A DNA stretch of 64,000 nucleotides, taken from the NCBI GenBank assembly GCA_963666975.2, contig CAXVYR010000004.1, positions 704,001-768,000 of the forward strand. The letters run 5' to 3'. How positions within the stretch are numbered: the stretch's first letter is position 1; every line of letters begins with the position of its first letter. The notes under the pieces are model-generated. The model was given only the letters and a program-made list of their open reading frames with translations. It did no database searches and was not told where the DNA came from. Position numbers and translations under genes: made by a program. The DNA comes from Terriglobia bacterium. GTDB taxonomy: Bacteria; Acidobacteriota; Terriglobia; 2-12-FULL-54-10. Of this stretch, positions 9,329 through 20,492 are shown piece after piece.

Positions 9329-10695
9329 GGTCTATGGCGAATTGATATGTTGAGCGATTTTACCCGCGACCGCTGCTCAAGTGAGGTGAGGGGTGCATGC
9401 GGAGAGCAGTTGGTGGCAGTGACAGGATCACATCAGGCAACCGTGGCGCGTTTACAAGCTCAAACAGCGGCTGGTTTCGTTGGAAGTGCCGTTTACCGAT
9501 GTCCGCCGGATGCCACAGGGAGCACCAGTCTTTGGAGAATCAGGCAGCCATTGGGGTGTGATAGAGGCCTCGGCAGTGGCTTTGCCATCTATAGGAATGG
9601 AGATTGGCGACTGGTCTTGGTATAGGCGCGTCTTGGTCAGGGGTTCGCCCTTCCAGTCCAGTATGCGAGCGATGCGCATTGAAATATGTCTTGAAATCGA
9701 GCAGCTTGTTTTCCAGATCCGCCGTGGTCCAGAACAACGTGCGATCCAAATACTCGCGTCGAATCGTGCCAATCATCCGTTCCACAAAGGGATGGGACAG
9801 GGGAACATAGGGGACGGTTTTGATCTCGGTCACCTCCAGTATCCGCAGATTGGCTTGCCACTGCCCAAACCGATAAAGGGGATCATGGTCGGAGCTGAGG
9901 TAGTTTGGCATCCAGCGTTGCCATCGAATGGCACGGTTGAACATCCGGCAAAGTGCGACACCATCGACGGTTCCGGCATGGACGCCGAACCCAATGATTC
10001 GGCGGGTGAATTGATCCATGACGACCAAGACCCAGTGGGTCCGCAACGTGGCCGATTCGCACCGGAACAGATCTAGACTCCAGAGGCTGTCTTTCATGTG
10101 GCCCAGGAAGGTCAGCCAGGATGGACCACCGGAGTCCTTTTCCGGCCGATAGTGGCTGGCGAGAATCCTTCGAACAACGTCTTTGTCGATGGCGATGCCG
10201 AAAGCCAAGGCAATCTGCTGAGCAATTCGCGGACAGCCCCAGGCGGGATTGAGCTGCTTCATCTGGACGACGGCTTCGATGAGTTCTTTGCTGGGCCCCT
10301 TTGGTCCGGGTTTACCTCTGCGCTTGGATGAAAAGAGAAGGCGATATTTTCGATTCCTCATAACCTGGTGGAAGTTCAGGAGAGTCGAAGGTTTCAGTAC
10401 GATTGCTGAATGGATCAGGCGGGCGGGGCGAATGAGGAGAGCACACAAACCGGCGACGAGGCGATCTGAAGTGAGTAGATTGGGTGACCGCTGCCGCGAA
10501 CGATTGAGGATCAGGAGTTGTTGCTTGACCAGAACGGACTCGGCGACCACAGAACGGATGCCGCCCGGACCCAAGAGTCGGGAGAGAGTAGCCATGACAT
10601 GGACGAAAAGGATGACGAGATCGCGCATCTCAGCATCTTAGCAAGAACGGCTAACCCCAGGAATTGTGCCGTAAACTAGCAATTCGCCAGGGACA
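9329..10695 (-). mobile_element. IS481-like element
   Basis: Imperfect IRs GGTCTATGGCGAATT / AATTCGCCAGGGACA around an rve ORF; unrelated truncated genes on each side. Confidence 0.7.
9540..10628 (-). CDS. Integrase-core (rve, DDE) transposase
   Basis: WSLDLF, MDQFTRRI, SSDHD, FVERMIGTIRREYLD, YFNAHRSH. Confidence 0.85.
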   Translation of the reverse strand: MRDLVILFVHVMATLSRLLGPGGIRSVVAESVLVKQQLLILNRSRQRSPNLLTSDRLVAGLCALLIRPARLIHSAIVLKPSTLLNFHQVMRNRKYRLLFSSKRRGKPGPKGPSKELIEAVVQMKQLNPAWGCPRIAQQIALAFGIAIDKDVVRRILASHYRPEKDSGGPSWLTFLGHMKDSLWSLDLFRCESATLRTHWVLVVMDQFTRRIIGFGVHAGTVDGVALCRMFNRAIRWQRWMPNYLSSDHDPLYRFGQWQANLRILEVTEIKTVPYVPLSHPFVERMIGTIRREYLDRTLFWTTADLENKLLDFKTYFNAHRSHTGLEGRTPDQDAPIPRPVANLHSYRWQSHCRGLYHTPMAA

Positions 10696-11063
10696 GGTGG
10701 CTGGCCTCGGCCTATAATACGACCCCGGAACAGTTCCACACCGGCTGGACTCGCCTGCGAGAGCATCTTGTGCAGTTCAATAAGAATGCAAACAGCTTTC
10801 CCAATGCCATCGCAACGATGTTCTGCTACATTACGGAGGATCGCGCTGAGGCCGACCGGATCCTGAACGAGATGCTGCGCAAGGCCATCAAGCGACCGGA
10901 AGATGAACTTCGCCAGCGGCTGCTAGTCGGCCCGGCCGAAGAATGCACTCGCAAACTCTCCGCTTACGAGAAGGCTGGAGCACAGATGGTTTTTGTTTGG
11001 CCCATTACGGACGAAACCCGTCAGTTGGAACTCTTTAAACAATCAGTCGCTTCCGGAATCTAG
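10696..11063 (+). pseudogene. C-terminal fragment of LLM-class flavin-dependent oxidoreductase
   Basis: WLASAYNTTPEQF...LLVGPAEECTRKLSAYEKAGAQMVFVWP; begins at the IS end. Confidence 0.65.
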
Positions 11064-11120
11064 GAAAATCCCACGTTCATGGTCAGTATCCGGGTAGGTC
11101 TTAATCATCCGTTGATTGCT

Positions 11121-11230
11121 CGCCGGATAAGTAAACACTAGGCGACTTATCGTTACCTATCCGGGAAAACACCATCAATCCCCCTTCAAATCTGGTGGTT
11201 GCAGCATCAGCCCACCAGCGCAGACACCCA
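11121..11230 (+). repeat. Dispersed repeat family, copy 1 (CGCCGGATARGTAAACACTWKGCGAC core)
   Basis: Aligns over ~110 bp with 17182-17295; internal IR CCGGATA...TATCCGG. Confidence 0.7.
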
Positions 11231-11510
11231 ATTTATTTGCTCCCCCGTTGCGTGTACTCTAGCCCCAGTTTTGCCACCGATGGGAACGGCGGCGATTGGT
11301 GGTATAATGCTGCCAAAGGCAAGTGGCAGCGTTTTCAGGACCATTTGACAGGCTCTGGGACCGTTTCTGAGAAGAAACTTTGCTCGGAGTGTCAATTGGA
11401 GGCGAATGAGGGTATACGCTACGATGCTGGCAGGCCAAAAAGAAATTCCGGCTCAATAGATATGGGGGAGGCTTATATTGGGAGTTAATGTATCATTTCA
11501 AATCGAACAG

Positions 11511-12959
11511 GAGGGTGTCCCATACATAGTTGAAGGTTGAACGGCGGTTCGGCCCGAATCGAATAGAATCGGGCCAAGCCTAAATCCTATAGAAGGAGAA
11601 CCGCCGAATGAAGGGAAAATATCACGTTTTGGAACTGGGTTCCAAGGGAGCCGAAGAAACCATCCAGAAGTTTTGCCAAACCAACGGACAGATGCTGTTG
11701 CCGGTGGTGGATCTGATCACGGAGGCGCGTCTGGCGGTGGATGAGGTGATTGATCGGGCCGGGCGAGGTTTGATTGAAACGATTCTGAGCATGAGCGCAG
11801 AGCAAATCGCGGGGCCAAAGAGTCCCGGGAAGGCGAGCGGAGAGGTGCGCTGGCATGGCCGGCAATTGGGGAGGGTGAAACTGGCCGATCGCCAGCTGCG
11901 GGTGGAGCGGCCCCGGCTGCGCCGGAAGGGCGGAGGGGAAGAAGCGGTGCCGGCCTACGAAGCGCTGCGGAAAAGCGAGAAGACGGGCGAGGAGATGTTC
12001 GAGGCACTGTTGAAAGGGGTTTCGACGCGGAACTACCGCGAGGTGATCCCGGAGATGGCCAACAGCGCTGGGGTGTCGAAGTCTCAGGTGAGCCGGGAAG
12101 CGGCCGAGCAAGGAGCGCGGCGGCTGGAAGAACTGTTGGCGCGGCGCTGGGAGGAGGTCGAGATTCTGGTGATTTACCTGGACGGAATGCGGTTCGGCTC
12201 CCACCACGTCATCAGCGCCGTGGGCGTGGACAGCGAGGGCCGCAAGCATGTGCTGGGGATTCAACTGGGCGCGACCGAAAACGCCGCTGCGGTGAAAGAC
12301 CTTCTCACCCGCCTGCGCCAGCAAGGTTTGCGCACGGATCAGCGCTATCTGTTTGTGATCGACGGCGCCAAAGCGCTCCGCGCGGGGATCGAGGAAGTAT
12401 TCGGCAGCAATCAGCTGGTGCAGCGTTGCCGTACTCATAAGCTGCGCAACGTGGCTGAGCGGTTACCAAAGGGCGACAAAATGCTGGCGAATCAGGTGCG
12501 GTCGCTGATGCGCGCCGCCTGGCGATTGCCCCAAGCCGAGGAAGGCATCGTGCGCATAAAAAAGCTCGCTGGGATGATCGAGTGCGATCATCCGGCAGCA
12601 GCCGCCAGCTTGCGCGAAGGGTTGGAGGAGACCTTTACGATCAATCGAGCCGACGTTCCTCCCAGCCTCCACCGCTGCCTGGCAACCACGAACCTCATCG
12701 AGAGCCCGCAGTCGGGCGTGCGGAAAAAGACTGGCAATGTTTGCCGCTGGCGCGACGGCGAGATGACGTTGCGCTGGGTGGCAGGAGCGTTTCTGCTGAC
12801 CGAGAAGAATTTCCGGAAGATCATGGGTTATCACGATCTCTGGGCTTTGGCATCGATTCTCGGCCGAAGTCCAAACGCTGCTTCCTCTCACAAGGAGGAA
12901 GTGGCGTAATATGAACTCAACCCGCCGTCCCAACCTGCAACTGAGTTTGGGACACCTTC
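11511..12959 (+). mobile_element. IS256-family element copy 1 (1449 bp)
   Basis: IRs GAGGGTGTCCCA / TGGGACACCTTC, 8-bp TSD TCGAACAG. Confidence 0.95.
11608..12909 (+). CDS. IS256-family transposase
   Basis: GVSTR, YLDG, VIDGAKAL, QRCRTHKLRN, TTNLIES. Confidence 0.95.
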   Translation: MKGKYHVLELGSKGAEETIQKFCQTNGQMLLPVVDLITEARLAVDEVIDRAGRGLIETILSMSAEQIAGPKSPGKASGEVRWHGRQLGRVKLADRQLRVERPRLRRKGGGEEAVPAYEALRKSEKTGEEMFEALLKGVSTRNYREVIPEMANSAGVSKSQVSREAAEQGARRLEELLARRWEEVEILVIYLDGMRFGSHHVISAVGVDSEGRKHVLGIQLGATENAAAVKDLLTRLRQQGLRTDQRYLFVIDGAKALRAGIEEVFGSNQLVQRCRTHKLRNVAERLPKGDKMLANQVRSLMRAAWRLPQAEEGIVRIKKLAGMIECDHPAAAASLREGLEETFTINRADVPPSLHRCLATTNLIESPQSGVRKKTGNVCRWRDGEMTLRWVAGAFLLTEKNFRKIMGYHDLWALASILGRSPNAASSHKEEVA

Positions 12960-13780
12960 TCGAACAGGGTCTGGAGTTGACTTCTCTAAAGTGGCTTCTT
13001 GACCATCATCGGACCAAAGAAGAGGAACGTCGTCGTATGGTTGCTGACTTAAATCTTAAGCCAGGCGACACGATACTGGACTTAGGGTGTGGGCCGGGTC
13101 TATGGACACCATTGTTGGCGGAGAAGGTTAAGCCTAATGGGAGGGTTATTGGGATTGATTTCAACCCAGAGTTGATAGCCTATGCTACAGATAATCTGAA
13201 AAAGGAACCTCTCAAAGACATTATTGAGTTTCAATTATCGGATCTCCACGCTATCCCCTTTGCAGATAATACTTTTGATGCAGTCTTTTTCGGCAATTGT
13301 TTCGCTTATGTCACAAATCCCTTCAATGTGCTGGAAGAGCAGAAGCGGGTAACAAAGACAGGAGGAAGAGTTGTCGCTAAAGATTGGGATGGTGCACTCC
13401 TCATTTTTCATCCTATTGACCCTCAGCTGTCTTTAAGAATCCTGGCAGCGACAACTCGGGCGCTTGAAGAAAATCCCCCGGAACTACCTTTTGATAACCT
13501 CGTCGGGAGAAAGCTAAACGGGATTTTCTTACAGGCAGGATTCAAAGACGTATCCACTGTTACCTATGCTGTACAGAAGCTCTCACCTCTTAAACCATAC
13601 GCCAAACGCTACATTACAAATAATGCCGAGTGGTACGCTAAAATTGGAGCTCCGAATTTGTCGGAAGAAGACGTGCAGCGGTGGGGGGCACATTTTGACC
13701 CGAACTCTGATGAGTATATCCTTGACCTAGAAGAGTTCTATTACTGTATGGTGGAGATGATTACGGTGGGCACGGTCTAA
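12911..13780 (+). CDS. Class I SAM-dependent methyltransferase with IS-derived N-terminus
   Basis: ILDLGCGPG, IPFADNTFDAV; native TTG start at 11478 lies on the far side of IS256. Confidence 0.8.
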   Translation: MNSTRRPNLQLSLGHLLEQGLELTSLKWLLDHHRTKEEERRRMVADLNLKPGDTILDLGCGPGLWTPLLAEKVKPNGRVIGIDFNPELIAYATDNLKKEPLKDIIEFQLSDLHAIPFADNTFDAVFFGNCFAYVTNPFNVLEEQKRVTKTGGRVVAKDWDGALLIFHPIDPQLSLRILAATTRALEENPPELPFDNLVGRKLNGIFLQAGFKDVSTVTYAVQKLSPLKPYAKRYITNNAEWYAKIGAPNLSEEDVQRWGAHFDPNSDEYILDLEEFYYCMVEMITVGTV

Positions 13781-13789
13781 CGCGGTCCA

Positions 13790-14033
13790 ACAGGCCCTGG
13801 AGGCAGAGAACGCCTTGCAGCGCGTGGAGTTTGAGGCGCAACAGGAAGTCACAAGGGCCGAAGCCGAAGCCAAGTCGCTGGAACTTCAAAAAGAGCAGGT
13901 GACGGATCAGTTGATCGAGTTGCGGAGAATCGAGGTTCTACAAACGGCGATGGAGAAGTGGAACGGAGTGATGCCTTCCGTGGTCACCAGCGGCGGACCG
14001 ATTCCTATATTGAATGTATTAGGTGGGCGGTAA
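13790..14033 (+). pseudogene. C-terminal fragment of prohibitin/SPFH protein
   Basis: RAEAEAKSLELQ...IELRRIE...EKWNGVMP. Confidence 0.65.
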
Positions 14034-14655
14034 AGTAACGGCTGCTCCATCGGCAGCCCCTCATGGAGGAGCCCCGCACCAAAGTGCCTGATGTGCTGGC
14101 GGCTAATTGCCTCCCTTGTCCCCCCAAAGGACCTCGCTTGGTAGCTGCAAACAACTCTAGACAATCCCCAGGGCTGTGGCAGAATCCCTCCAATTACACT
14201 CCACAAGGAAAAAGCCATCACCTGGGATGGCGAAAACAGGAAGCCGGAGTTGCTGATTATCAGCTTAGAGACTCCGACTTTCTTATTTCCAGAAAACCTT
14301 GACCAACCTTTTTGCCTTCGGAAATCTGCCTTTCCTTCGCCGCCCACTTCAGCTGGGCAATCTGTTCCTTGATTTCGGGGGTTCTCTGTGAGGATTTGCC
14401 GGTGGTGCCAGCCCAGCCAGAAACACTTGGTTTCTGCAGCCTTCATTTATCCCAATTTCATCTCGCGTGGTGTTATGCTAAGGCGAATAGTTGAGAAAGT
14501 CGGTTTGCTTGAAACCATTCACAACAGTCGTTTGCTTCCAGACGAGTTGACTTCATCAAATGACAATAGCCGTTACGGGACAACCCGCTCTAGGGCCGGA
14601 TTACCTGACCGCTTCACAATAGCGGTGCGGCAACTTAAGAAGAAAAGAGAGAAAA

Positions 14656-14985
14656 ATGAAGAAATTGTTTGTCGGAAACATGAGTTTTGACACAACGGAA
14701 GGTGCCCTGCGGGCGATCTTTGAACCGTATGGAGAGATCACGAGCATCAATGTCATTACAGACCGCGACACAGGCCGGGCCCGAGGCTTCGCTTTCGTGG
14801 AATTGGCCGATGACGGTGAAGCGGCCAAGGCAATTACGGCACTGAATGGAAAAGAAGTGGACGGTCGCGCCTTGAACGTGAATGAAGCGCGTCCCAAGCC
14901 GGAGCGCAGTGGACCGCGGGACGGGGGAGGAGGAGGAGGCGGCCGCGGTCGTGGTGGCTACCAATCACGTGAACCGCGCTGGTAG
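14656..14985 (+). CDS. RRM RNA-binding protein with Gly/Arg-rich tail
   Basis: KLFVGNM (RNP2), RGFAFVE (RNP1), LNVNEARPK. Confidence 0.95.
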   Translation: MKKLFVGNMSFDTTEGALRAIFEPYGEITSINVITDRDTGRARGFAFVELADDGEAAKAITALNGKEVDGRALNVNEARPKPERSGPRDGGGGGGGRGRGGYQSREPRW

Positions 14986-15112
14986 CAAGCAACGAAATTC
15001 CCTCAGGGGACGATTTACTTCGCCCCCAACACCCTCTCTGCTGGCTTATATCTTTACGGCAGTCAAAACATTCTTCCTGGCCCCGGTTGGGGGCGTAGTT
15101 GAGGAGAGTCAG

Positions 15113-16807
15113 TTGGGTATCGAAGACAAATATGATCAGGTGATGGAACTGATCTCCTTGGGAAAAGAAAAGGGTTATTTGCTCTACGACGAAGTCAAGG
15201 AGCTGTTGCCGGCCGACATCAGCAACTCCGCAGAGATAGAGGACATCCTGGCCACTTTTGGGACGGCGGGCATTGAAGTCATCGAGGAGAGCCCCCAGCT
15301 GCCTTCCGAAGAGAAGATGAATGCCAAGCTGGACGACGCGGGCGAGGAAGCGGAGTTGGACCTCAGCCCGGAATCTCTTGATAAAACCAACGACCCGGTG
15401 CGTATGTATTTGCGCGAGATGGGAACCGTGCCGCTGCTGACTCGCGATGAAGAAGTAGAGATAGCAAAACGCATTGAGCGGGGACAAAACAACGTCCTGA
15501 AGGCGATATCCCGGTCCCCCATCATCGTCCAAGAGCTTCTTCTCTTGGGGAAAGACCTTCGCTCCTCCGCCAGGACAATCAAAGCATTGGTGGTCTTCAA
15601 TGACGATGAGTTAACCGAGGACCGCGTCCAGGAGAAGCTGGAGGAGGTCTGCGAAACCGTTGAAGAGATCAGCAAGCTTTCCAAAAAGGTGCAGCAGTTG
15701 AAGCTTCGCCTGGAGAACATTCCCCGGACAAAGAAACCGAAGGAATTTCGAAGGGCGCGCTTCCGGCTGGCGCGCCTCCGGATCCAAATATCCCAGATGA
15801 TCCGGGGGATCGTGTTCAAGCACACGGAACGCAAGCGCCTGATCGAAAAGGTCTACCGCACCGTGTATTCGCTTCAATCGCTGGAGCGGGAGCGGAAGCG
15901 GATTGAGACGCGGCTGAATTCGGCCACGGGTGACACGGCTAAGGAGTTGCGCAAAAGCCTGAATCAGACCAAGAGCCAGATTTCCGCCATTGAGGAGGAA
16001 TCCGGAGCCAAGTCTGCCGAGTTGCGCCGGACTCTTCAAATCCTCGCGGAAGGGGAGCGGGACGCCGAGATTGCCAAGCAGGAGATGACAGAGGCCAATT
16101 TACGGCTGGTAGTTTCCATTGCCAAAAAGTATACCAACCGGGGTTTGCAGTTCCTGGACCTCATCCAGGAAGGCAATATCGGATTGATGAAGGCGGTGGA
16201 CAAGTTCGAATACCGCCGGGGTTACAAGTTTTCCACCTACGCCACGTGGTGGATTCGCCAGGCCATTACCCGGGCGATTGCCGACCAAGCGCGCACCATC
16301 CGCATCCCGGTGCACATGATTGAAACCATCAACAAGCTGGTCCGCACCTCGCGGCAACTGGTCCAGGAGTATGGCCGGGAGCCGACCAGCGAGGAGATCG
16401 GCAAACAGATGGACATTCCTGTGGACAAGGTGCGGAAGGCCCGTAAGATTGCCCAGGAAACCATTTCGCTGGAGACGCCCATTGGGGAGGAGGAAGATGC
16501 TCACTTGGGCGACTTCATTGAGGATCAGGGAGCTGTCTCGCCGGCAGAAGCGGTCATCAACGTCAACCTGAAAGAACAGACCGCCGGGGCGCTCAAAACT
16601 TTGACTCCGCGCGAAGAGAAAGTTATCAAAATGCGCTTCGGGCTGGAGGATGGCAGCGAGCGCACCCTGGAAGAGGTGGGGCAGAGCTTCGCTGTGACAC
16701 GGGAACGCATCCGGCAGATTGAGGCCAAGGCGTTGCGCAAACTGCGCCATCCCTCTCGGAGCCGCAAGCTCAAGGCTTTCCTCGAAATCAACGCCTCCCG
16801 CGACTGA
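15113..16807 (+). CDS. rpoD: RNA polymerase sigma factor RpoD (group 1 sigma-70)
   Basis: Region 1.1 [62 protein letters not shown]; TTG start after GAGGAG. Confidence 0.92.
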   Translation: MGIEDKYDQVMELISLGKEKGYLLYDEVKELLPADISNSAEIEDILATFGTAGIEVIEESPQLPSEEKMNAKLDDAGEEAELDLSPESLDKTNDPVRMYLREMGTVPLLTRDEEVEIAKRIERGQNNVLKAISRSPIIVQELLLLGKDLRSSARTIKALVVFNDDELTEDRVQEKLEEVCETVEEISKLSKKVQQLKLRLENIPRTKKPKEFRRARFRLARLRIQISQMIRGIVFKHTERKRLIEKVYRTVYSLQSLERERKRIETRLNSATGDTAKELRKSLNQTKSQISAIEEESGAKSAELRRTLQILAEGERDAEIAKQEMTEANLRLVVSIAKKYTNRGLQFLDLIQEGNIGLMKAVDKFEYRRGYKFSTYATWWIRQAITRAIADQARTIRIPVHMIETINKLVRTSRQLVQEYGREPTSEEIGKQMDIPVDKVRKARKIAQETISLETPIGEEEDAHLGDFIEDQGAVSPAEAVINVNLKEQTAGALKTLTPREEKVIKMRFGLEDGSERTLEEVGQSFAVTRERIRQIEAKALRKLRHPSRSRKLKAFLEINASRD

Positions 16808-16994
16808 ATCACCGTCATCGCCCCCGTGCCTTCCCGGAGAATCGGGGTTGTTTTCCAAGAACGCAACGGCCGGGCTGCCGCACTTTGCCCTGCAATCCTC
16901 GAAACCAGCGTTGCAAAATAAGAATTGCAATTAAAGCAAACGGGCCATAATAGGGCAGCAGAGACTTGGTTCCAGATGGCAGTCCATACCGTAA

Positions 16995-17087
16995 ACTCTA
17001 ACTTATCAACTGGACCGATTTAGGGGGGACAGGTCAGCTGACCTGACCGGCTCTTTTTGTACCACCTGGAGTGAGAGAGAGAATCCC
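16995..17087. mobile_element. Two abutting orphan IS3-family ends
   Basis: ...TGGACCGATTTAGGGGGGACAGGTCA-GC-TGACCTGACCGG...; match ends at 36216, 47776 and 404. Confidence 0.6.
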
Positions 17088-17139
17088 ACGGCCGATTAGC
17101 CCCCGTCCTCAGGAACACCCTCACCGGACCAACCCTCCA

Positions 17140-17612
17140 CGATTACTCCCGAGTAACGGCGAAGGATAGAGTAATCCTGCCCGCCGGATAGGTAAACACT
17201 TTGCGACTACACAGGACCTATCCGGGGAAAAGCGGCCAAAATCCATTCAAACCAAGTGCTTGCAGCAGCCTTTCCCTCGCCGAAACCTAATTGACTTATC
17301 GTCCTGTTATCGAAAACGCCTCGGGCAATCGTCTCCCCCGTTCCGCAATTCTTTGCACCGAGGCGCTCCCGATCAACGCTAACTACTAGTCAGGGGTTAT
17401 TTCCCACAACGCCGTTTATGTCCAACTTCCGAGTAGGCGACCACTCAGCCAGCATGGATCGTCGGTAAACATAAGGCGACTAGGGAGGATCAATTTCCTA
17501 GAACGCCTATTCTGGGCGATTATGAAGGTTCAGCCACTTCTCGGAGCCGACTTAACGACCAAGTAGCGGCAAGCCGGCGGACCATACATTCCGAGTTGGC
17601 GACCACTCGGAA
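17140..17612. repeat. Cluster of dispersed repeat-family sites including a dif-like 11-6-11 site
   Basis: Core at 17182, ATTTCCCACAA-CGCCGT-TTATGTCCAAC at 17399, CCGAGTWGGCGACCACTC at 17429 and 17591. Confidence 0.6.
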
Positions 17613-17834
17613 AGAATCACGCCCTTCACATTTGCGGTCTTGACCGGTCGCGCTTCCCAGATCACCGTTTGTGACCAACTTCCGTGTGAGCAGCTACAGA
17701 GGAGTAATCTAGAATTTTCTCCTCGACTGCACTCGGAGCTCGGCGGTAGGCAGAGCAAGTCCTTGTCCACAATTGATTTACCTTCCCACCTCGTGTAAAC
17801 TCTCACCAGAATTTCAAATCAGACAGGTGTAAAC

Positions 17835-20348
17835 GTGGGGGTTTCCTCGGGTACGCATCTTGGCGCTTACGAGATCCTCAGTCTATTAGGTTCGGGTGGC
17901 ATGGGTCAGGTTTGGCGAGCCAGACACTTGATGCTTGACCGCCAGGCTGCCATCAAGCTGATCCGCCCTGAGTCCTTTGGGCCTGGGGTAGGTGAGCAAG
18001 CTAATACCCTACTGCGTCGCTTCGAGCGCGAAGCAAAGGCGACCTCTGCCTTGCGGTCGCCCCACACCATCCAGGTATATGACTTTGGCACCACCGAGGA
18101 CGGCACTTTTTACTACGCCATGGAACTGCTCGAGGGGCGCGATCTCAACACCCTCGTGGAGCAGCATGGACCCCTTTCAGCCGAGCGGGTGATTTATATC
18201 CTGCGTCAGGTCTGCGAATCTCTTGCCGAGGCCCACCGCAACGAGTTCATTCATCGAGATATCAAACCAGCCAACATCTTTCTCACCGAGGTTGGCTTGA
18301 AGTACGACTTCGTCAAGGTGCTCGACTTCGGGCTCGTCCAGCACACACCGGGATCGGATTGGAAGGGTTCGCGTTTGACCGTCGAAGGTGTCGTCGCCGG
18401 TTCACCCGCCTTCATGGCTCCGGAAATAATCAGAGGCAGCTCCACGATTGACGAGAGAGTTGACATCTACTCGTTAGGGTGCGTCGCCTACTGGGTTCTC
18501 ACCGGGCAACTCGTTTTTGAAGGGGAGACACCGATGCAGATCATGGCGGCCCATCTCGAGCAGTCGCCTGCACCGCCTTCAACCCAATCCGAATTGGAAA
18601 TCCCAACCGCGCTTGACCAGATCGTCATGGCCTGCCTGGAAAAAGACCCCGCCAGGCGGCCGCAGAGCGTGGAGACGCTGTCTCGCCAACTTGCCGAGTG
18701 CTCAGGTAAGGAACCCTGGACCGAGAGGCGCGCTGAGGATTGGTGACTGGTCCATCATCCACCGAAGGCGCCGGTTGAACGGGCCAGTAGCGAGGGCACG
18801 ACGCTTGGAAGGTACATGCCCCCTAAGCCTAGTGCTGTAGTGGAAGAGGGAGCAGAACCGCGTGCACTTTCTCGCCGGCGGGTGTTGGCGGGAGCAATGG
18901 CAATCCTCCTGGCGCTGCTTGTCGGGATGAATCTGGGGAGTTGGCGGGAGTGGCTGCTTGGAGACGCTGATCGGGTCCGGATTGAATCGCTGGCGGTGCT
19001 GCCGTTAGAGAATCTCTCTGACGATCCAGAACAGGAGTATTTCGCAGACGGGATGACCGAGGCTTTGATCGCTGACTTGGCCGGCATCAGAGCATTGAAG
19101 GTGATCTCGCGGACGTCAGTAATGCGCTACAAAGAGAGGGAAAAGTCTCTGCCCGAGATCGCGCGGGAATTGGGGGTGGATGCGGTGGTCGTGGGCTCGG
19201 TAATGCGGGCAGGCGACCGGGTGCGGATCTCCGCGCAGCTCATCGACGCGGCAACCGATGAGCACCTCTGGGCAGAAAGCTACGAGCGGAACATGCGGGA
19301 CGTGCTGACGTTGCAGCGGGAGGTGGCGCGGGCCATTGCCCGCGAAGTCCGCATTCTTGTGACGTCGGTGGAAGGAGCGCGCCTCGCCAGGGCCCGTCGC
19401 GTCAACCCGGAGGCCTACGAGCTTTACCTGAGAGGCCGCTTCCACGTAAACAAGTACACGGAGGAGGGCTACAGACGGGCTTTGGAATATTTTCAACAGT
19501 CGATTGAAAAAGATCCTGACTACGGGGCTGCCCACGCAGGATCGGCCCAGTCGCACGGTCTGTTGGCTGCGTTCTATGGCCTCCAGCGTGAGTCGTGGCC
19601 AAAAGCAGAATCAGCGGTCCTGAAAGCACTGGAGCTTGATGAATCTCTTGCCGAATCTCATGTCTCGCTGGCACTGATTCGGCAGTACCGCGATTGGGAC
19701 TGGGCCGCCGCCGAAAGAGAATACAGACGCGCCATTGAGCTGAACCCCGGCTATGTGACCGCACACCACGAGTACGCGGCCTTTCTGACAGCGATGGGCA
19801 GGTCGGAGGAAGCTGTCGAAGAGATCCAGCTAGCTCGGGAACTCGATCCACTCTCCGTCGTCGTGAATCAGGATCTGGCATGGATCTACTATCGAGCGCG
19901 GGATTATAACCGAGCGATCGACCAGCTTCGCAAGACGCTGGACTTGGACCGAAATTTCGCGGATGCCCACCGCAAGCTGGGATGGGTACTTGCGGCAACG
20001 GGAAAGTTTGAAGAAGCCGTCGCTGAGATGCAGCAGGCAGCCACCCTTTCCTCAGACCCTATGATGTTGGCATCCCTGGGGCGTGTCTATGCGGTGTCAG
20101 GTAAACACAAGGAGGCGCTCACGATCCTTGGAGAACTCGAAGAGCGACCGGAGCGCAGTTATCTCTCGCCCTACATTGCACTAATCTATGTTGGTTTGGG
20201 GGAAACAGATCAGGCAATTGAATGGCTGGAGCAGGCCTACGCGGAGCACCACGGTCAACTAATCTACCTCAAAGACCCACGTTGGGATCCCATGCGCTCC
20301 GACCCTCGCTTCCAGGACTTGCTCCGCCGCATGAATCTCCCCGGATAG
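17835..20348 (+). pseudogene. Ser/Thr kinase - TM - TolB-like - TPR protein split by an in-frame TGA at 18744
   Basis: GSGGMG, HRDIKPAN, DFG, APE; ESLAVLPLENLS...YFADGMTE and TPRs follow in the same frame. Confidence 0.85.
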
Positions 20349-20492
20349 GCTACTCCTACTTCATGAGGAAAACGTCACTTCAATCACCGCATTAGAACGG
20401 CTTCCATCTAAAGGCTGAGAAGCCACGTCTCTTGCCGCCAGTTTGCCATCAAAGCAACGGTAGTTCACCGATGGCGTGAGGCTAGGGTCATC

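Noticed and set aside
11587-12438. 283-aa minus-strand ORF repeated three times
   Set aside because: Antisense shadow of IS256; conservation only reflects IS copy identity
14882-15112. N-terminal extension of RpoD in the ORF track
   Set aside because: Overlaps the RRM gene; RBS and homology start at TTG 15113
18744-18746. Selenocysteine or recoded TGA
   Set aside because: Context fits Trp-Trp; TGA is used as a normal stop throughout; kinases of this type are not known selenoproteins
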